From the IMG/VR virus record IMGVR_UViG_3300037483_001116, positions 1 to 64,000 of that record: a stretch of 64,000 bases of DNA; one strand, written 5' to 3'. Origin of the DNA: a virus. Under the pieces are notes generated by a model. It was not told where the DNA came from. It searched no databases and saw only the letters and a program-made list of their open reading frames with translations. Positions 62,275 through 64,000 of this stretch are shown piece by piece. Each line of letters starts with the position of its first letter. The first letter of the stretch is position 1. The translations under genes and the position numbers were made by a program.

Positions 62275-62341
62275 AGCCGGGGGGGAGAGTCGAACTCCCA
62301 CCATCTCCGTCGAGTGCCCTGCCAATTGGGCTACTCCCGGC
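62275..62341 (-). ncRNA. anticodon-less mini tRNA-like RNA
   Basis: Intact D and T arms; anticodon arm reduced to CTC-GACG-GAG. Confidence 0.6.
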
Positions 62342-62347
62342 TTCCCG

Positions 62348-62420
62348 AGCCAACGGTGCGGATCGAACGCACTACCTCTTCCGTACGAAGGAAGCGCCCT
62401 ACCTTCAGGACCTCGCTGGC
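62348..62420 (-). tRNA. tRNA-Thr(CGT)
   Basis: Loop TTCGTAC. Confidence 0.85.
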
Positions 62421-62429
62421 ATTTCCTTG

Positions 62430-62720
62430 CTACCAGGACACGGATACTGGCGCGTACCAGTCCATGTCTTCACGGTCGGCGGCCTGCGTCTTCAGCAGGC
62501 CTTGGCGGACTTGCCGCCACGCTCCGCGTTCCTGCTGGCGGAGGTGCTTGCGGTACAGCTGGCCTACGCACAGGTTGCAGCCGCAGGTGTTGTACAGCGG
62601 CCACGGCTCCAGCCCCCTGCCGTTGCCCCAGCCCCAGTTGGGGCGCCACAACATCCGGTGCTGGTTGTACGGATCGGTGACCTGTACCCGGTAGGGACGA
62701 TGAACGTCGGTTCTGGACAC
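62430..62720 (-). CDS. hypothetical protein (MSRTD family)
   Basis: CGCNLC motif; RBS AAGGA. Confidence 0.6.
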   Translation of the reverse strand: MSRTDVHRPYRVQVTDPYNQHRMLWRPNWGWGNGRGLEPWPLYNTCGCNLCVGQLYRKHLRQQERGAWRQVRQGLLKTQAADREDMDWYAPVSVSW

Positions 62721-63419
62721 GTAACGACCTGTCCTTCGGCCGCCTGGAGACTTTCCCCAGGTCTAACGCCTGCCGTCGCCCATCGCGATCACGCTCCTTT
62801 AGGTCAATACTGAGCCTATGAGTGAAACTGTTCAGATCATTTCCGCGGTGACCACCGGTATCGTGGCCATCATTGCCGCCTACGGCGCGATCCAGGTCCG
62901 GCGTGTACATACCTTGGTCAATTCCAAGAACGATGCGATGGCGGCTCGGATCGAGCAGCTGGCTGAGGAGTTACGCGCCAGGGGTGACGGGACCGTTCCT
63001 GAGGCCCCCGAGAAAAAGGCTCAGCTGTAGTAGCTGTTTCTGCGGTGTACCTGGTCGCGTACGGCCTTGTCGACTTTGATGCTGGCCAGGACTGTCTTCT
63101 GCTTGACCATCAGGCTGTAGCAGCGGCAGTCCTGCTGGGCGCCGAGGGGAAGGTACAGGAACGGGTCGCCTTTGTGGTGGGCTTCGAGGAATTGTTCCAG
63201 CTTCTTGAAGCCCGGTACCTTGAAGATGCGCATGTCGTACCAGTGGTAGACCTGTGCGATCAGCCAGCGATGCAGTGGCTGTTCCCATAGTTCCAACCGG
63301 TAGGTGATGCGGCGATTTTCGTCGCGTAAGTGGTGGACGGTGCTGACGTCGAATCCACGCTTTTTGATCATGTTGGCCGGCGTCACGTGCCGGAGCCGGT
63401 GTGTTGGCATGGGGCTGCG

Positions 63420-63492
63420 AGCCGGCGACCGGGCTCGAACCGGTTGTCTTCGCGTTACAAGTGCGACGCAAGTCCTGACCTGCTCCGCCGGC
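63420..63492 (-). tRNA. tRNA-Thr(TGT)
   Basis: Loop CTTGTAA. Confidence 0.85.
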
Positions 63493-63568
63493 ATTGACCA
63501 TACGGGCACCTATTGCGCCATCCGCTCCCCAGGCTCATTCGGTTTTACCTAGCGGCCAGACCCGTACG

Positions 63569-63641
63569 TGTCTCCGGGGAGGGTCGAACTCCCGCTGGCT
63601 GCCTCCTCAAGACAGTGCCTCTACCTTTGGGCTACGAAGAC
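63569..63641 (-). tRNA. tRNA-Leu(GAG)
   Basis: Loop TTGAGGA. Confidence 0.8.
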
Positions 63642-63770
63642 GTGTGGAAATCCCTGCGTGGCCCCTTGGGCCTCGCCCTCAGGAAACCTGCAGTTCCCCG
63701 GCTCCAGGGATCGATATGTTGCCGAGCGCATTTCTGGCCGGTTGATCATTCCGGCGTCCATGCGTTTCCG

Positions 63771-63850
63771 TGGAAGTGCGGGGAGTCGAACCCCGGTCCA
63801 GTGGTGTTCCGTCGTGCGGCTTTGCACCCCTGTCGTTACCAACCACCCCC
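63771..63850 (-). ncRNA. mini-tmRNA: tRNA-like domain only
   Basis: GGGGGTG/CACTTCC-A with G3.U70; unpaired D-loop ..GGTAACGAC; P2-like stem; GAC linker; T-arm CGGGG-TTCGACT-CCCCG. Confidence 0.65.
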
Positions 63851-63946
63851 GAGAACGTTTGGCCTTGTCATCCTTTCGGAAGCCCTCGCATCCGGCAGCT
63901 TTTATCGCCGCGCCCATCGGATAGCCAAACCGGCGAGTCCCTAGCG

Positions 63947-64000
63947 CTGGGAGTCCAGGACTCGAACCTGGACCAAGGCCGTCAGAGGACCTTGTGCTGC
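63947..64000 (-). tRNA. tRNA-Gln(CTG), 5' end outside the window
   Basis: Loop CTCTGAC; T-arm CCAGG-TTCGAGT-CCTGG. Confidence 0.8.

Noticed and set aside
61300-64000. Full-length tmRNA or RNase P RNA
   Set aside because: No ~350-nt tmRNA body with a tag ORF and no RNase P GAGGAAAGUCC / ACAGAA signatures were found by eye.
1-64000. Genome-wide TAG recoding
   Set aside because: Recognisable proteins are full-length under the standard code, and several end in TAG at the expected position.

Overview
This is a high-GC segment of a large actinobacterial phage genome; no host housekeeping genes are present. 1-21300 (+) is a dense run of small accessory genes: HTH proteins, a HAD phosphatase, two metallophosphoesterases, a mini-PTH2, MazG, a LysM/M23 peptidase, an HNH nuclease, a degenerate ThyX and a GGQ fragment. 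21300-40270 (-) carries replication genes (prim-pol/SF3 primase-helicase, SSB-like protein, EndoVII-type nuclease, RecB-like nuclease) and Thg1. It also holds the most unusual locus: a promoter, two ParB-fold genes, a helical protein, a 1.3 kb non-coding array (about 38 CCGACWRNCC motifs separated by 5-nt-periodic spacers) and a solitary Cas7/RAMP-like gene. This looks like a non-CRISPR, repeat-RNA-guided system. 40319-43221 (+) encodes the terminase large subunit, whose intein hides an HNH endonuclease in another reading frame. 43280-64000 (-) carries small genes, a nucleotidyltransferase and a conserved protein followed by a ~400 nt RNA with a circularly permuted tRNA module. It ends in a large tRNA cluster (about 30 tRNAs, including an amber suppressor) interleaved with homing endonucleases and several aberrant tRNA-like or tmRNA-like RNAs. 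All calls come from manual motif reading; no searches were run.
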